A stretch of DNA of 64,000 bases. Source: a bacterium. GTDB taxonomy: Bacteria; Electryoneota; Electryoneia; Electryoneales; Electryoneaceae. The position numbers and the translations under genes are program-made. Position 1 is the first letter of the stretch. The number at the start of each line of letters is the position of its first letter. The stretch spans positions 38,603 to 102,602 of the forward strand of contig JAIOHU010000194.1 of NCBI GenBank assembly GCA_019912845.1, given 5' to 3'. The notes beneath the pieces were generated by a model. The model searched no databases. It was not told the DNA's origin and was given only the letters and a program-made list of their open reading frames with translations. Below are positions 10,258 to 19,777 of this stretch, piece after piece.

Positions 10258-11016
10258 ATGATGAGCAATGAGCCAACATCTCTTCCCGATTCAGGAAGCA
10301 CACCAACATCCAAACTCAAACAAATAAGACAGTGGTTCCTGACCGGTCTGGTCTTCCTTGGTCCTTTGGTTTTGACGATCTGGATTGTCATAAAACTGTT
10401 TCTGCTCACAGACAGTATACTTGGTAAACCAATCCGCCTTTTTCTCGCAGAAGTATTGGACCTTCAGTATTTCAAAGAGGGGACGATTTATGGAATTGGC
10501 TTTTTTGTTTTAATGGGAATCATTTTGTTAGCGGGATGGTTTGCACGTCAATACCTCGGAGTTCGGGTTGCGGGTGTCATCAAATCAACGGTGCAGAGAA
10601 TTCCGTTGGTGAACAAAGTTTACCTCGCGATCTTTCAGATATCCGAAGCGTTACTCGGTGGTCAAAAGGAAGTATTCAAGCAGGCTGTTTTGATAGAATA
10701 TCCACGTAAAGGAACTTACTGCATTGGATTTATGACACAGGATACTCGCGGTCCCATTCAAGATGCCATAAAAGAAGATGTAATCAGTATATTTTTACCC
10801 ACTACTCCAAATCCAACTTCTGGATTCCTTTTGTTTTATCCCAAGACAGATGTGGTACTGTTGCACGTGTCAGTTGCTGAAGCGCTCAAACTTATCATTT
10901 CTGCAGGTGCTGTTGTACCTGAATCACAACGTGGGAGACCTGTTACTGCCAGCCAGGCTGGAATTATTTTTGATCCGCCCGGTTCACCTCCCAATGACAA
11001 GGAGGGGAAGGCGTGA
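10258..11016 (+). CDS. DUF502 family membrane protein
   Basis: FLTGL..L.P...T, RIPLVNKVY, VLIEYPRKG, IFLPTTPNPTSGFLL, ALKLIISAG. Confidence 0.9.
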   Translation: MMSNEPTSLPDSGSTPTSKLKQIRQWFLTGLVFLGPLVLTIWIVIKLFLLTDSILGKPIRLFLAEVLDLQYFKEGTIYGIGFFVLMGIILLAGWFARQYLGVRVAGVIKSTVQRIPLVNKVYLAIFQISEALLGGQKEVFKQAVLIEYPRKGTYCIGFMTQDTRGPIQDAIKEDVISIFLPTTPNPTSGFLLFYPKTDVVLLHVSVAEALKLIISAGAVVPESQRGRPVTASQAGIIFDPPGSPPNDKEGKA

Positions 11017-12860
11017 GGAGAAGTAGGTTTAGACTACTACTCAACCTGCTTTTACTTATCTTCTCAACCGCAACAGCGGCAAATGATTCACTTTATACCC
11101 GTTTCAGCCAGGAACTGGATACACGTATTTTACAGACCAGAGGCAATTACTCAGTATCAGATTCCACCCTTCACCTCCAATCAAGTGCCTACAGTAAGAT
11201 AACCCTGCGTCAGCTTCCTGGATTTGAACCACAATGGAAACGAGACCTCGGGCTGTCGCTCACTTCCACCAGATTTCTATCCCGGAATTTTGATCTTCTT
11301 TTTGAACTTGAAGGCAGTAATTTTCAGGATCAGGAAGCTCCGGAAAGAGTGCAGAAAGGCGGTGTCTCGCTGCATCCTTATGATCTCCGTCCACTCACTG
11401 ATGGTTCACGTCTGGTGACCGGTCAGAACAGTAAAATTACACGGGGTGTCTTGCGTGGAGGAGTATCATACAACCGATCAACGACCCTGCGAAGTACAAT
11501 GCTGGTGGGAGGAGCGTACGATGAGGAGCTGAAAGGTTCAGGTTCCGGTCCATCCATGCGAGGTGATTTTAAACTCCGTCCAATTGATGACCAGAATATC
11601 CAATTCGGCGGGAACGGTTATATCAATTTGTATGACGACCGACGATATCATGATCTCACATTAGATAATTCAATCGTTCGTGATTTTGGTGATGCAACTG
11701 ACCTTTTTGAAGCAAGCTGGCGCAATCGAAGAAGCGATATTTACCTGGGGCTGGAGGGAAATATCGTCAGTCGTGTACATGATGAACTCAGCTTGAGGAA
11801 TCGTCTCAGCACTCCTTTGAGTGAGGACATGAATGGGGTTTACGACCTTGATTTTCGTCGGTCTAATGTCTCCTATCGTGGTGTTGGTCCTGGTGAAAGC
11901 AGGGAGAATGATCTGGTACATCGTCTCGCCTGGATTTATGCACCATCAATCTGGCAGACCATGCTGCAATACAATTTTGCCGTTGAGGATCGGGACTATG
12001 GCGGCACCTTGACGCTGGGAAGAAGGCAGGAGCTGGAGTTGATTACATCCCGAAATAGCGACAAAGACAGCCTGACAGTAAAACTGGGCACAGAAAAACG
12101 ACGTTATGACTCCCCCGACAGCCTTGAAACCAATGACAGAGATCGCCTGGTTCATCATGCTGAGCTGGTTGGTGGGAGATGGCTGACCCCCTGGGTCTAC
12201 ACAGCAGTTGAAATTTCAGTAATACTTGACCATCTTGTATACATTAAGCAGGAACGTTCAGCGGACAATCACTGGAATCGCGTTATCGCATTACGACCTA
12301 TTGTACAATGGTTTCCTGCTGACGGATGGAACAACACAGCTTCTTTTGAAGTTTTAGCTAACTACAGCGTATATGATTTTGAGAGCATGGATGCACGCTC
12401 CGGGATTCGTAGTCGGGTGTTTAGAAGATGGTCTGCTGCCGACACTCTGACCCTCCCCCTGGGAGGACGTGTTCAATTGTCTCTATCCGGACGATATGAT
12501 CTTGAGGAACGGGGAAGGATTATCTGGGATGATTTTGTCCAGGACCTTTCCGACAAAGCCCGGGTGGGATTCGCTGCCACTCACCTTGAATATATATTTC
12601 TCTCAAGACTTCTCTTGAAAATTGGTTACCGTTATCAGAAACGAGTGGAAGAAAGCTTTGAACAAAGCGATATTGTTTTGCAGCAAAATCAGACAGATCG
12701 AACTTATATCAAACGAGGTCCCTCGCTTCGAGTACAAACCTTGTTCAACAGATCATGGCGATTGCTGGTAGATGGAGATTTTCAAACGATTGATGACAAC
12801 CAACGTGAATCTACTGAAACCCTTAATACGGTTTACGTCACCCTTGTTTACCAGTGGTAG
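11013..12860 (+). CDS. Putative outer-membrane beta-barrel protein, function unknown
   Basis: Signal peptide, alternating amphipathic strands, C-terminal YVTLVYQW beta-signal. Confidence 0.7.
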   Translation: MRRSRFRLLLNLLLLIFSTATAANDSLYTRFSQELDTRILQTRGNYSVSDSTLHLQSSAYSKITLRQLPGFEPQWKRDLGLSLTSTRFLSRNFDLLFELEGSNFQDQEAPERVQKGGVSLHPYDLRPLTDGSRLVTGQNSKITRGVLRGGVSYNRSTTLRSTMLVGGAYDEELKGSGSGPSMRGDFKLRPIDDQNIQFGGNGYINLYDDRRYHDLTLDNSIVRDFGDATDLFEASWRNRRSDIYLGLEGNIVSRVHDELSLRNRLSTPLSEDMNGVYDLDFRRSNVSYRGVGPGESRENDLVHRLAWIYAPSIWQTMLQYNFAVEDRDYGGTLTLGRRQELELITSRNSDKDSLTVKLGTEKRRYDSPDSLETNDRDRLVHHAELVGGRWLTPWVYTAVEISVILDHLVYIKQERSADNHWNRVIALRPIVQWFPADGWNNTASFEVLANYSVYDFESMDARSGIRSRVFRRWSAADTLTLPLGGRVQLSLSGRYDLEERGRIIWDDFVQDLSDKARVGFAATHLEYIFLSRLLLKIGYRYQKRVEESFEQSDIVLQQNQTDRTYIKRGPSLRVQTLFNRSWRLLVDGDFQTIDDNQRESTETLNTVYVTLVYQW

Positions 12861-12867
12861 ATCAAAC

Positions 12868-14229
12868 TTGCTCCGCGCTCTATCCCAGCTAAGCTATGCA
12901 CTAATTCTCGTTCTCTTTATTCCCTGCATCTCTTCCGCACAATCCACTCCCGCGGTTATTGATACCATCATCATAGAAGGCAATCGCACGACAAAATCGT
13001 TTGTCATTCTCAGCGAAATGAAGTTAAGCTCGGGAATGGTTGCAACACCTGAGTTGATCGATCAGGACAAGCAACGCTTGGAATCATTAGGATTATTCAG
13101 CCGTGTAGAACTCTATCCTGGAACTATCGGTAATGAACAGGCATTAATTGTCGAAGTCACTGAGCTCTGGTATATCTGGCCTGGTATCTACCTCGAAATT
13201 GATGAAGAAGAAATTGAAAATCTGCAACGAACCGCGTATGGTGGTCATATCAATCACGATAATTTCCGTGGAAGACGTGAACACCTTTCCCTGATCGGGT
13301 TTACCGGCTACCGACGTGGTGGGCAGGCTCGTTGGAAAATCCCCTATCTGTTTTCCACAAGAGAGTGGGGTATGAATGTTGAGATGAAGTGGATGGAGGA
13401 GGATGAACCTGGGATTCTGGCAGAACGTGAGGATATAACCTCGCTGTCACGTTCACTTAGAGCCAGCCTGGGAAGAAGACTAAATCTGGAATCCAGCTAC
13501 TCGATCAGCAGTTCCATCGAAGAGCGTCAGTTTTACGAACGAAATGTTGAGAATGGCAGTGAATATGTTGAGCCGGATACAGACAACGATATTCTTTTCG
13601 AGCTGACCGGTGGTTACCACTATGATACACGCTATTATAACCCCTGGCCTACACAGGGGGTCAACCTCGATATCTCCTTTAGCGTTTCAAATAGTCTGAA
13701 CAGTGGAGATGTTTTATATGTCCGTCCCCTGCTTTCGCTCTCGGCGTACAAATTGGTCGCTCCACGGATTTATCTGGCTGGCAGAATTTACAGTCTGGCG
13801 ACTTTTGGCAGCTCTCCGGTTTTTCGTCGCTACATCATCAACAGACTGAAATCTGTGCGAACCTCAGCAGAACGGAGTCTGGAAGGGGATCGTGCTCTGT
13901 TGCTGCAGTCAGAAGTACGATATGACATCATCGATCGAACCTATCTAACCCTCTGGGCACCGTGGAAACTGCAACGTTACACCCGTAACCTCAAATTTGG
14001 TGTTTCCGTTGCAACCTTTGTTGACTATGGTGTCGTAGATGGTGTACACGGTATATATGATCCAGCGAATAAGCCAGACCGTTATTATGCGGGGTGGGAA
14101 GCGGCGTACGGCGCGGCATTGGTCTTTCATGTGCCCTATCGGGATATCATAAGATTCGAAGTATCTCGAAGCGCACGTTTTCCCGACAGTGGTTACCTTT
14201 TCAAGCTTCGGATTGGACCTGCTTTTTAG
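12868..14229 (+). CDS. Omp85 (BamA/TamA-like) protein with one POTRA domain
   Basis: IDTIIIEGNRTTKSFVILSEM...RLESLGLFSRV POTRA, NFRGRRE, YDTR...P..G, C-terminal Phe. The ORF track starts at 12772, but TTG 12868 gives a clean signal peptide. Confidence 0.82.
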   Translation: MLRALSQLSYALILVLFIPCISSAQSTPAVIDTIIIEGNRTTKSFVILSEMKLSSGMVATPELIDQDKQRLESLGLFSRVELYPGTIGNEQALIVEVTELWYIWPGIYLEIDEEEIENLQRTAYGGHINHDNFRGRREHLSLIGFTGYRRGGQARWKIPYLFSTREWGMNVEMKWMEEDEPGILAEREDITSLSRSLRASLGRRLNLESSYSISSSIEERQFYERNVENGSEYVEPDTDNDILFELTGGYHYDTRYYNPWPTQGVNLDISFSVSNSLNSGDVLYVRPLLSLSAYKLVAPRIYLAGRIYSLATFGSSPVFRRYIINRLKSVRTSAERSLEGDRALLLQSEVRYDIIDRTYLTLWAPWKLQRYTRNLKFGVSVATFVDYGVVDGVHGIYDPANKPDRYYAGWEAAYGAALVFHVPYRDIIRFEVSRSARFPDSGYLFKLRIGPAF

Positions 14230-14237
14230 TTCATACT

Positions 14238-14260
14238 GGAGCGCCACACTCCAGTGTGGC
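14238..14260 (+). repeat. GGAG-tagged REP-like palindrome, family A
   Basis: GGAGC-GCCACACT-CC-AGTGTGGC, 8 nt after the stop codon. Copies at 19507-19529(-), 45459, 45819 and 48920-48944(-). Confidence 0.85.
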
Positions 14261-14410
14261 AATTTCTTTGGCTTTTGACAAGTCCAAATTCAACCATCAA
14301 ACCATGCAAGTTGTTCCCCAAGCGGTGTTTTAGGGTCTTCTAAACTCCAAGAAATCCATAGTTTTATAGGTTTTTGCGTTGCCACGAACGGTTTAACCCT
14401 CACTGCTAAT

Positions 14411-14641
14411 TTACAGAAAACTGTTCAAAACATCTGTGCTCATATCAGCTTGGTGAAGTATGCTTTTCAGGGTTCCTTTTTTCAAGTCTTTATTGTGATA
14501 TGGAACGGTAACTGTAAGTTCTGGTCGTTCTGGATGAACCAGAGAGATGTGACTGCCTTGCTGATAGTCAACCTCAAACCCAGCTTTTCTAAGGGCACGA
14601 AGTAATTGTCTTGGTGTGATAACGGGAAGTTTTGGACTCAT
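14411..14641 (-). CDS. hicA: HicA family mRNA interferase toxin
   Basis: KLPVITPRQLLRALRKAGF...QQGSHISL...VTVPYH.KDLKKGTLKSILHQA. The catalytic GSH motif is present. Confidence 0.93.
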   Translation of the reverse strand: MSPKLPVITPRQLLRALRKAGFEVDYQQGSHISLVHPERPELTVTVPYHNKDLKKGTLKSILHQADMSTDVLNSFL

Positions 14642-14644
14642 CTC

Positions 14645-14881
14645 CTACACCGCCACTGCCAACTTATCGCGTAGTGGCATAGATTCTTGTATATCTTCAG
14701 GTATGGGTAATCCCCGTTTTATTAGTGATGCAATATGGCAACGGATTGCATCTTTTGCCATCTCTTTTGCTTCATCAAGGGTATCCCCTTCGGTGACCAG
14801 TCCCGGCAACGCAGGAATCGTGACAATATATCCGCCTTCCTCTGCCAGTTCAAAGATCGCCGTATATTCCTTTTCTACCAT
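14645..14881 (-). CDS. hicB: HicB family antitoxin (short, no C-terminal DNA-binding domain)
   Basis: EEGGYIVTIPALPGLVTEGDTLDEA...AI; lies directly upstream of hicA. Confidence 0.93.
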   Translation of the reverse strand: MVEKEYTAIFELAEEGGYIVTIPALPGLVTEGDTLDEAKEMAKDAIRCHIASLIKRGLPIPEDIQESMPLRDKLAVAV

Positions 14882-14997
14882 AGTATTCTCCGTAGGCGAT
14901 AGTAATCATCCTATTAATATAGCAAATGATTGATTGTTTGAACAGATGTTACCAGAAACAAGATCAGAATCGATAAGGTTATTCCCATCCACAATTT

Positions 14998-15430
14998 CCG
15001 CAATATCCGTGGGTGTTGCGGGAAAACCACAATAATTTGATCCCCTTGCGTAGAAAGATTTGCGTAGCCCTGCGATGTAGCGAAGCGAAACCCGGGGAAC
15101 AGAGGTGCCCTTAACTCAGGGTGGCCCGGGGATGAGAGCAATTCTACTCCACAAAGTGACGAATGTATAGACTTTCAAAACCCCAATATCATTTGTATTC
15201 ATACTCATCCCCGGGTTTCATTCTTTAAGGAGTGTCTCTCTCCAGTCTGGCTTGATCCACCCCGCGTCATGCCAGCATGCTTTTAGCTGGTATCCAGGAG
15301 TAAAATGAATATCCCCGTGTTCCGCAATATCCGAAGATGTTGCGGGAAAATCATTCATCCATTTTATAATAGAAGTGTGCAATTGAATTTGTCCCTTATA
15401 CCCGATGCAAAACATCGGGGCATCTTGGTG
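14998..15430. repeat. Mosaic of palindromic repeats (families G, D, B, G, F), homologous to the 360-bp unit at 45.5-46.2 kb
   Basis: CCGCAATATC-N4-GRTGTTGCGG (14998, 15322); GCGTAGCCC...GCGAAACCCGGGG (15062); inverted CCCGGGGATGAG/CTCATCCCCGGG; CGTCATGCCAGC...GCTGGTATCCAG (15265); CCCGATGC-AAA-ACATCGGG (15401). Confidence 0.85.
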
Positions 15431-15471
15431 AATCACCCCAAGCCAAATCCCAAAAACATCATTTATTTCCC

Positions 15472-15695
15472 GCAATTCATTGAATTTGTCACAATAGTAG
15501 TGGTATATATTAATGTAGAAACCAACTCGTGTGAAGTGTTCGTTCTGGTACGGGTAACTATTAGGGGGAAATCTTCTTTGTCTTCTATGAAAGGGGCTGA
15601 CACGCCCCTTTCGATCCCCAAAATGATCCAATCGGGTATTTTTGCTAAGATATTTAACGGGAATAAGCGCGATACCTGTAGCAAGCTACAGGTCA
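15472..15695 (+). promoter_or_regulatory. Conserved promoter-like box plus structured leader, copy 1 (copy 2 at 46240-46473)
   Basis: Both copies share GCAATTCATTGAATTTGTCACAAT...TGGTATAT, a hairpin GAAAGGGGC-TGACAC-GCCCCTTTC (15589-15612) and a hairpin ACCTGTAG-CAAG-CTACAGGT (15674-15693). Confidence 0.6.
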
Positions 15696-15833
15696 TCCGT
15701 CGCGAATATTTAATTCGTTGAATGATATAGGATTTATATAAACAAGCCATTGACTTTATTGTGGATCAAGAGTAAACTATTTACAAGATTGCAAAGGATT
15801 ATTGGAATCAGTTATTATTTGCGGGGGTATTTT

Positions 15834-18800
15834 ATGAATCGGATCAAAAGAATATTCACAGTGATCTGCATCCTATTATCATTTGGCAGTAGTATGGCGC
15901 AGGATAGTCTGAACATTAGCATGCTGGGTAGTTTATACAACAATTGGGATCTATCTGCTGATCTTTTTATCGTCGATACTTTGGTGTTTATCGCAACAAC
16001 TGGTAGTGGTTTAAGGATTTTAGACATCCGTAATCCTGGTTCTCTTAATGAGCTTGGTTTTTGTTATACGCCGAGCAATGCCTACGATGTCGCAGTTGCT
16101 GGTGAATATGCATATATCGCAGATGGAAGCGAAGGGCTTTGTGTTGTTAACGTGAGTGATCTGGAAAATCCAGTAGTCGTTGGTTCATTCGATGAACCCG
16201 AGTGGGTTGAAGGTGTGGCAGTTCATGGAGGGTATGCTTACCTGACAGATTTTTATCAAGGAATGTGGATAGTTGATATCAGTGATCCGCAGAATCCTTT
16301 TCAGGTTAGCTATATAATTTCCCCCGATCATTCGCAGGATATCGCAGTTGTTGAAGATTACGCCTATGTCGCCATCTGGGATGAGGGATTATGGATAGTT
16401 GATATCAGTGATCCGGAAAACCCTGAAGAAGTTGCAACCCTCAGAACCCGTGATTCAGCTCGGGATGTTACTGTGTTTGACGGTTTTGCTTACATAGCTG
16501 ATAACGAAGCGGGTCTCTTTATCGCTGATGTAACTGATCCCGAAAATCCCATCGAAGTTGGCTCCTATGATACTCATGGTCGTACCAGAGGTGTAGCTGT
16601 CACAGAGAACTACTCATTTATCGCAGACAGTCGGGGAATGCGAGTGATTGATATCACCCAGTTGGAAAACCCTCTGGAGGTCGGATTTTACGATTCAATG
16701 TCTCGTACCACCAGCCTTGTCATCTCAGATTGGATCGCTTTTATTTCTGATGAGGTTGGTGGCCTTCGAGTTGTTAATGTACACGATCCTGAACAACCCA
16801 TTGAAATAGGCAGTTATGACACACCAGCATGGGCACGAGAGGTAGTGGTACAGGGAGAATATGCTTTTATCGCGCATGATGAAGGTGGGCTTCGAGTAGT
16901 TGATATAAGGAATGGAGAGAATCTGTTCGAAGCAGCATTCCTCACTTTTCGTCGACCAGCAATGAATATTGATTTGCAGGGGGATTACGTATATGTGGGT
17001 ACTTCTGATTGGGAGCGGGAAGAAGGCGGTCTTAGAATTGTCGATATCAGCAACCCAGTTGCACCTGATGAAACTGCTTTTTTCGATCTAGAAGAGGTGG
17101 TCAGTGATCTTGCAGTTTCAGAAGGGATCGCATTTGTCGCTACAAATGAAACTGATCTTCATATCTTGGATGTATCTGATCCCGAAAATCCATCAGAAAT
17201 CAGCCAACTTTACCTGCAGGGAAATGCTAGCAGTGTTGCAGTTGAAGGAAATTTTGCTTACGTCGTAGCTGCTGGTCTCAGGGTGGTTGATGTAGGCGAC
17301 ATTCAAAATCCTGTCGAAGTAGGGTTTTACAATCCGGTTGGCAACAATATTAGACATGTTGCTGTTTCGGGAGATATAGCTTACATTGCTGAGAGAGGTC
17401 TCAAAGTATTAGATGTCAGTAATCCAGAAAACCTCGTCGAAATTGGGGCGTTCAACGCACCAGGATCAATCCGGAATATTACTGTTGTAGACAGTTATGT
17501 GTTTGTCGCTTATTCCTGGAAACTTAGCACATCCGGTGGATGTCTACGTGTGATTGATGTCAGTGACCCAACACACCCAGAACAAACGGGATTTTACAAA
17601 ACTCCAGGTATTGCAAACAATGTTTGTGCCGTAAACCAGTTCGCTTATGTGGCGGATTCCTACCATTTTGAAGTTTATGACTGTTCCTATGCAATTGATT
17701 GGCCGGATACTGCCAGTGTATCTGGAATCGTAATTGATGAAGAAACCAGTGAGGTTATCTCCGGAGCTGTAGTGTCTTTCGATGAACATCAAACTTCCAC
17801 AAATGAAAATGGTGAATACAACTTCACCCTCCTTTCTCCTGATAATTATTCTGTAGATGCTTATGCTCTGGACTACGAACCATTTCATGCTGGAAGAGTA
17901 CAGCTTGAATCTGGGGAGAACACTTATAATTTTTCTATGCGAAAGAATGAAAGTTTAAATATCGAAATCCTCTCGATGATCGAGTCTCACTACTACAACG
18001 AAGCTGTGGCAATCGAAGGCGATTTTGCATATGTGGCGGATCAGGATTCAGGATTACGCGTTATTGATGTTTCTGATCCGCAATTCCCAAGAGAAATTGG
18101 TTTTTTTCCCGCAAATGACGCATTTCGCGGTGTCGTTGTGTCAAATGGTTACGCTTATCTTGCTGACCACGGAGCAGGATTTCGTATTGCTGATGTCAGT
18201 GATCCAGAAATTCCTGTTGCAGCAGGATCTCTTGCCACGCCAAACCGAGCAAATAAAGTCGTCGTAGAGGGAGATTATGCATACATAGCAAATACCTATG
18301 ACGGTTTGCGTATTGTCAATGTGAGTGATGCGGCAAATCCTGTGGAAATAGGTGTCTGCAATACACCTGACTGTGCGCTTGATGTAGTAGTCGGGGAAGG
18401 TTTCGCGTATATCGCGGATTATAATGAAGGTTTACGGGTGATCGATATTCATGATCCAGCAATTCCGGTTGAAATCGGCTATTTTACAACAGATGATGAA
18501 TGCGCAATTTGCGTTACTGTTGATGGGAATTATGCCTATGTTGGATATGGTATGGATGGGCTTCGCGTCCTTGATATTAGAAATCCGGCTAACCCTGTAG
18601 AAATTAGCCATTATCAAACACCGGGTCGTGTCTACTGCATCAAAGTTGTTGAAAACTTTGCTTTTATTGCTGATTTTTACGATGGATTAAGAGTGCTCGA
18701 TATCAGCGATCCCACCAATATTGCAGAAACAGGTTTTTATAATACGCCAGGAACAGCCCAATGGGTCGAAATTGAAGGTAACCTTGCGTATGTCGCTGAT

Positions 18801-19151
18801 CGAAATCACCTCGAAATTTTCGACTGTTCAAACGCTATGATTGAGAACATTGCACCAAACATTGATGAAATAAGTTTACCACATGATTTTTTTGTCAGCA
18901 ATGCTTACCCAAATCCTTTTAACAGTACAGTAACTGTTACTGTTGGATTGTCCGAAAACGGAATGATTACGTTACGTCTTTTTAATATCCTTGGACAGGT
19001 AAAGTTTGAATCAACACAGAGATTCAACGCTGGATATCATCGTTTGAGTCTTGACGATGAACAGACTTTTGACGTTGTGAGTGGGATCTATTTCCTGCAG
19101 GTGCAGGTTGGTGGAGTGAACGAAGTGCAGAAGGTGATTTTGTTGAGGTAG
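15834..19151 (+). CDS. Secreted LVIVD-repeat beta-propeller protein with carboxypeptidase-regulatory-like linker domain and T9SS type-A CTD
   Basis: Signal peptide ending SMA/QDSLN, about 20 repeats of ~42 aa (AYIAD..GLRVVDISDPENP.EVG), VSGIVID...TNENGEY domain, YPNPFNS...SGIYF...QKVILLR. ATG 15834 with a GGGGG RBS is preferred over TTG 15750. Confidence 0.9.
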   Translation: MNRIKRIFTVICILLSFGSSMAQDSLNISMLGSLYNNWDLSADLFIVDTLVFIATTGSGLRILDIRNPGSLNELGFCYTPSNAYDVAVAGEYAYIADGSEGLCVVNVSDLENPVVVGSFDEPEWVEGVAVHGGYAYLTDFYQGMWIVDISDPQNPFQVSYIISPDHSQDIAVVEDYAYVAIWDEGLWIVDISDPENPEEVATLRTRDSARDVTVFDGFAYIADNEAGLFIADVTDPENPIEVGSYDTHGRTRGVAVTENYSFIADSRGMRVIDITQLENPLEVGFYDSMSRTTSLVISDWIAFISDEVGGLRVVNVHDPEQPIEIGSYDTPAWAREVVVQGEYAFIAHDEGGLRVVDIRNGENLFEAAFLTFRRPAMNIDLQGDYVYVGTSDWEREEGGLRIVDISNPVAPDETAFFDLEEVVSDLAVSEGIAFVATNETDLHILDVSDPENPSEISQLYLQGNASSVAVEGNFAYVVAAGLRVVDVGDIQNPVEVGFYNPVGNNIRHVAVSGDIAYIAERGLKVLDVSNPENLVEIGAFNAPGSIRNITVVDSYVFVAYSWKLSTSGGCLRVIDVSDPTHPEQTGFYKTPGIANNVCAVNQFAYVADSYHFEVYDCSYAIDWPDTASVSGIVIDEETSEVISGAVVSFDEHQTSTNENGEYNFTLLSPDNYSVDAYALDYEPFHAGRVQLESGENTYNFSMRKNESLNIEILSMIESHYYNEAVAIEGDFAYVADQDSGLRVIDVSDPQFPREIGFFPANDAFRGVVVSNGYAYLADHGAGFRIADVSDPEIPVAAGSLATPNRANKVVVEGDYAYIANTYDGLRIVNVSDAANPVEIGVCNTPDCALDVVVGEGFAYIADYNEGLRVIDIHDPAIPVEIGYFTTDDECAICVTVDGNYAYVGYGMDGLRVLDIRNPANPVEISHYQTPGRVYCIKVVENFAFIADFYDGLRVLDISDPTNIAETGFYNTPGTAQWVEIEGNLAYVADRNHLEIFDCSNAMIENIAPNIDEISLPHDFFVSNAYPNPFNSTVTVTVGLSENGMITLRLFNILGQVKFESTQRFNAGYHRLSLDDEQTFDVVSGIYFLQVQVGGVNEVQKVILLR

Positions 19152-19249
19152 GGTAAAAGCTGGCTCGGGGCTTTGGGCTTCTGGCTTTTAGAAGACTTTA
19201 ACACCCTTCTCAACATCAACTACATCAGTGCTGGCGCACTGAGTCTTGT

Positions 19250-19600
19250 CTGGTTCCCCGCCTACGCGGGGATGACGAGGCGGACAAGGCTTTGGGCTAT
19301 TGGCTTCGGTTCCGCACGCAACTTCTTCAGATGTCGCAGAACGAAGAGTAACTGGGAGGCACGATGTAAACGGAAAAAATTGCTTCCTGGATCCCGGCCC
19401 AACTCATCACCGGGATGACGCGGGGTGTGATGCCACACTGGAATAGATCGGCTTAGAATTTCAAGGGAATTATTAGACTTGGGATAAATCCCAAGCCAGA
19501 ATAAATGCCAAACTGGAGTGTGGCGCTCCAGGGCGGGGTGGTGTAGTCTTCTGCTCCCCGGGTTCCGCTGCGCTACACCACAGGGCTACACCAATCTCCC
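19250..19600. repeat. Mosaic of palindromic repeats (families B, B, E, A, D)
   Basis: CTGGTTCCCCGCCTACGCGGGGATGAC (19250); CTGGATCCCGGCCCAACTCATCACCGGGATGAC (19387); CTTGGGAT-AA-ATCCCAAG (19478); family A inverted (19507-19529); family D inverted (about 19547-19598). Confidence 0.85.
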
Positions 19601-19777
19601 CGAGGCATAAAGTATGTAAACTTGAAATTATAGTCCATTTACTTGCTGTTACATTGATATTGTTCTAAATTGTACTCTAATGTGTCAGCGAAATACCTGG
19701 GGGTTGATTAAGGCTGTCAGTAATACTCCCTGCCCCGTTTTCGTTCATTTGGATACCTTACGGAATTGGAGTCCATC

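Noticed and set aside
14914..15750. ORFs 14914-15141(-), 15218-15631(-), 15305-15721(+) and 15463-15750(-) as genes
   Set aside because: They run through palindromic repeats and the leader. The homologous DNA at 46.1-46.5 kb does not preserve the reading frames, so conservation is non-coding.
19169..19306. GGCTTTGGGCT(TC/AT)TGGCTT direct repeat as a target-site duplication
   Set aside because: The repeat is imperfect and low-complexity, and it encloses only about 100 bp. It is not diagnostic.
14230..19765. Integron cassette array with attC sites
   Set aside because: No consistent RYYYAAC...GTTRRRY boxes flank the genes and there is no integrase. The repeats fit REP-type palindromes.
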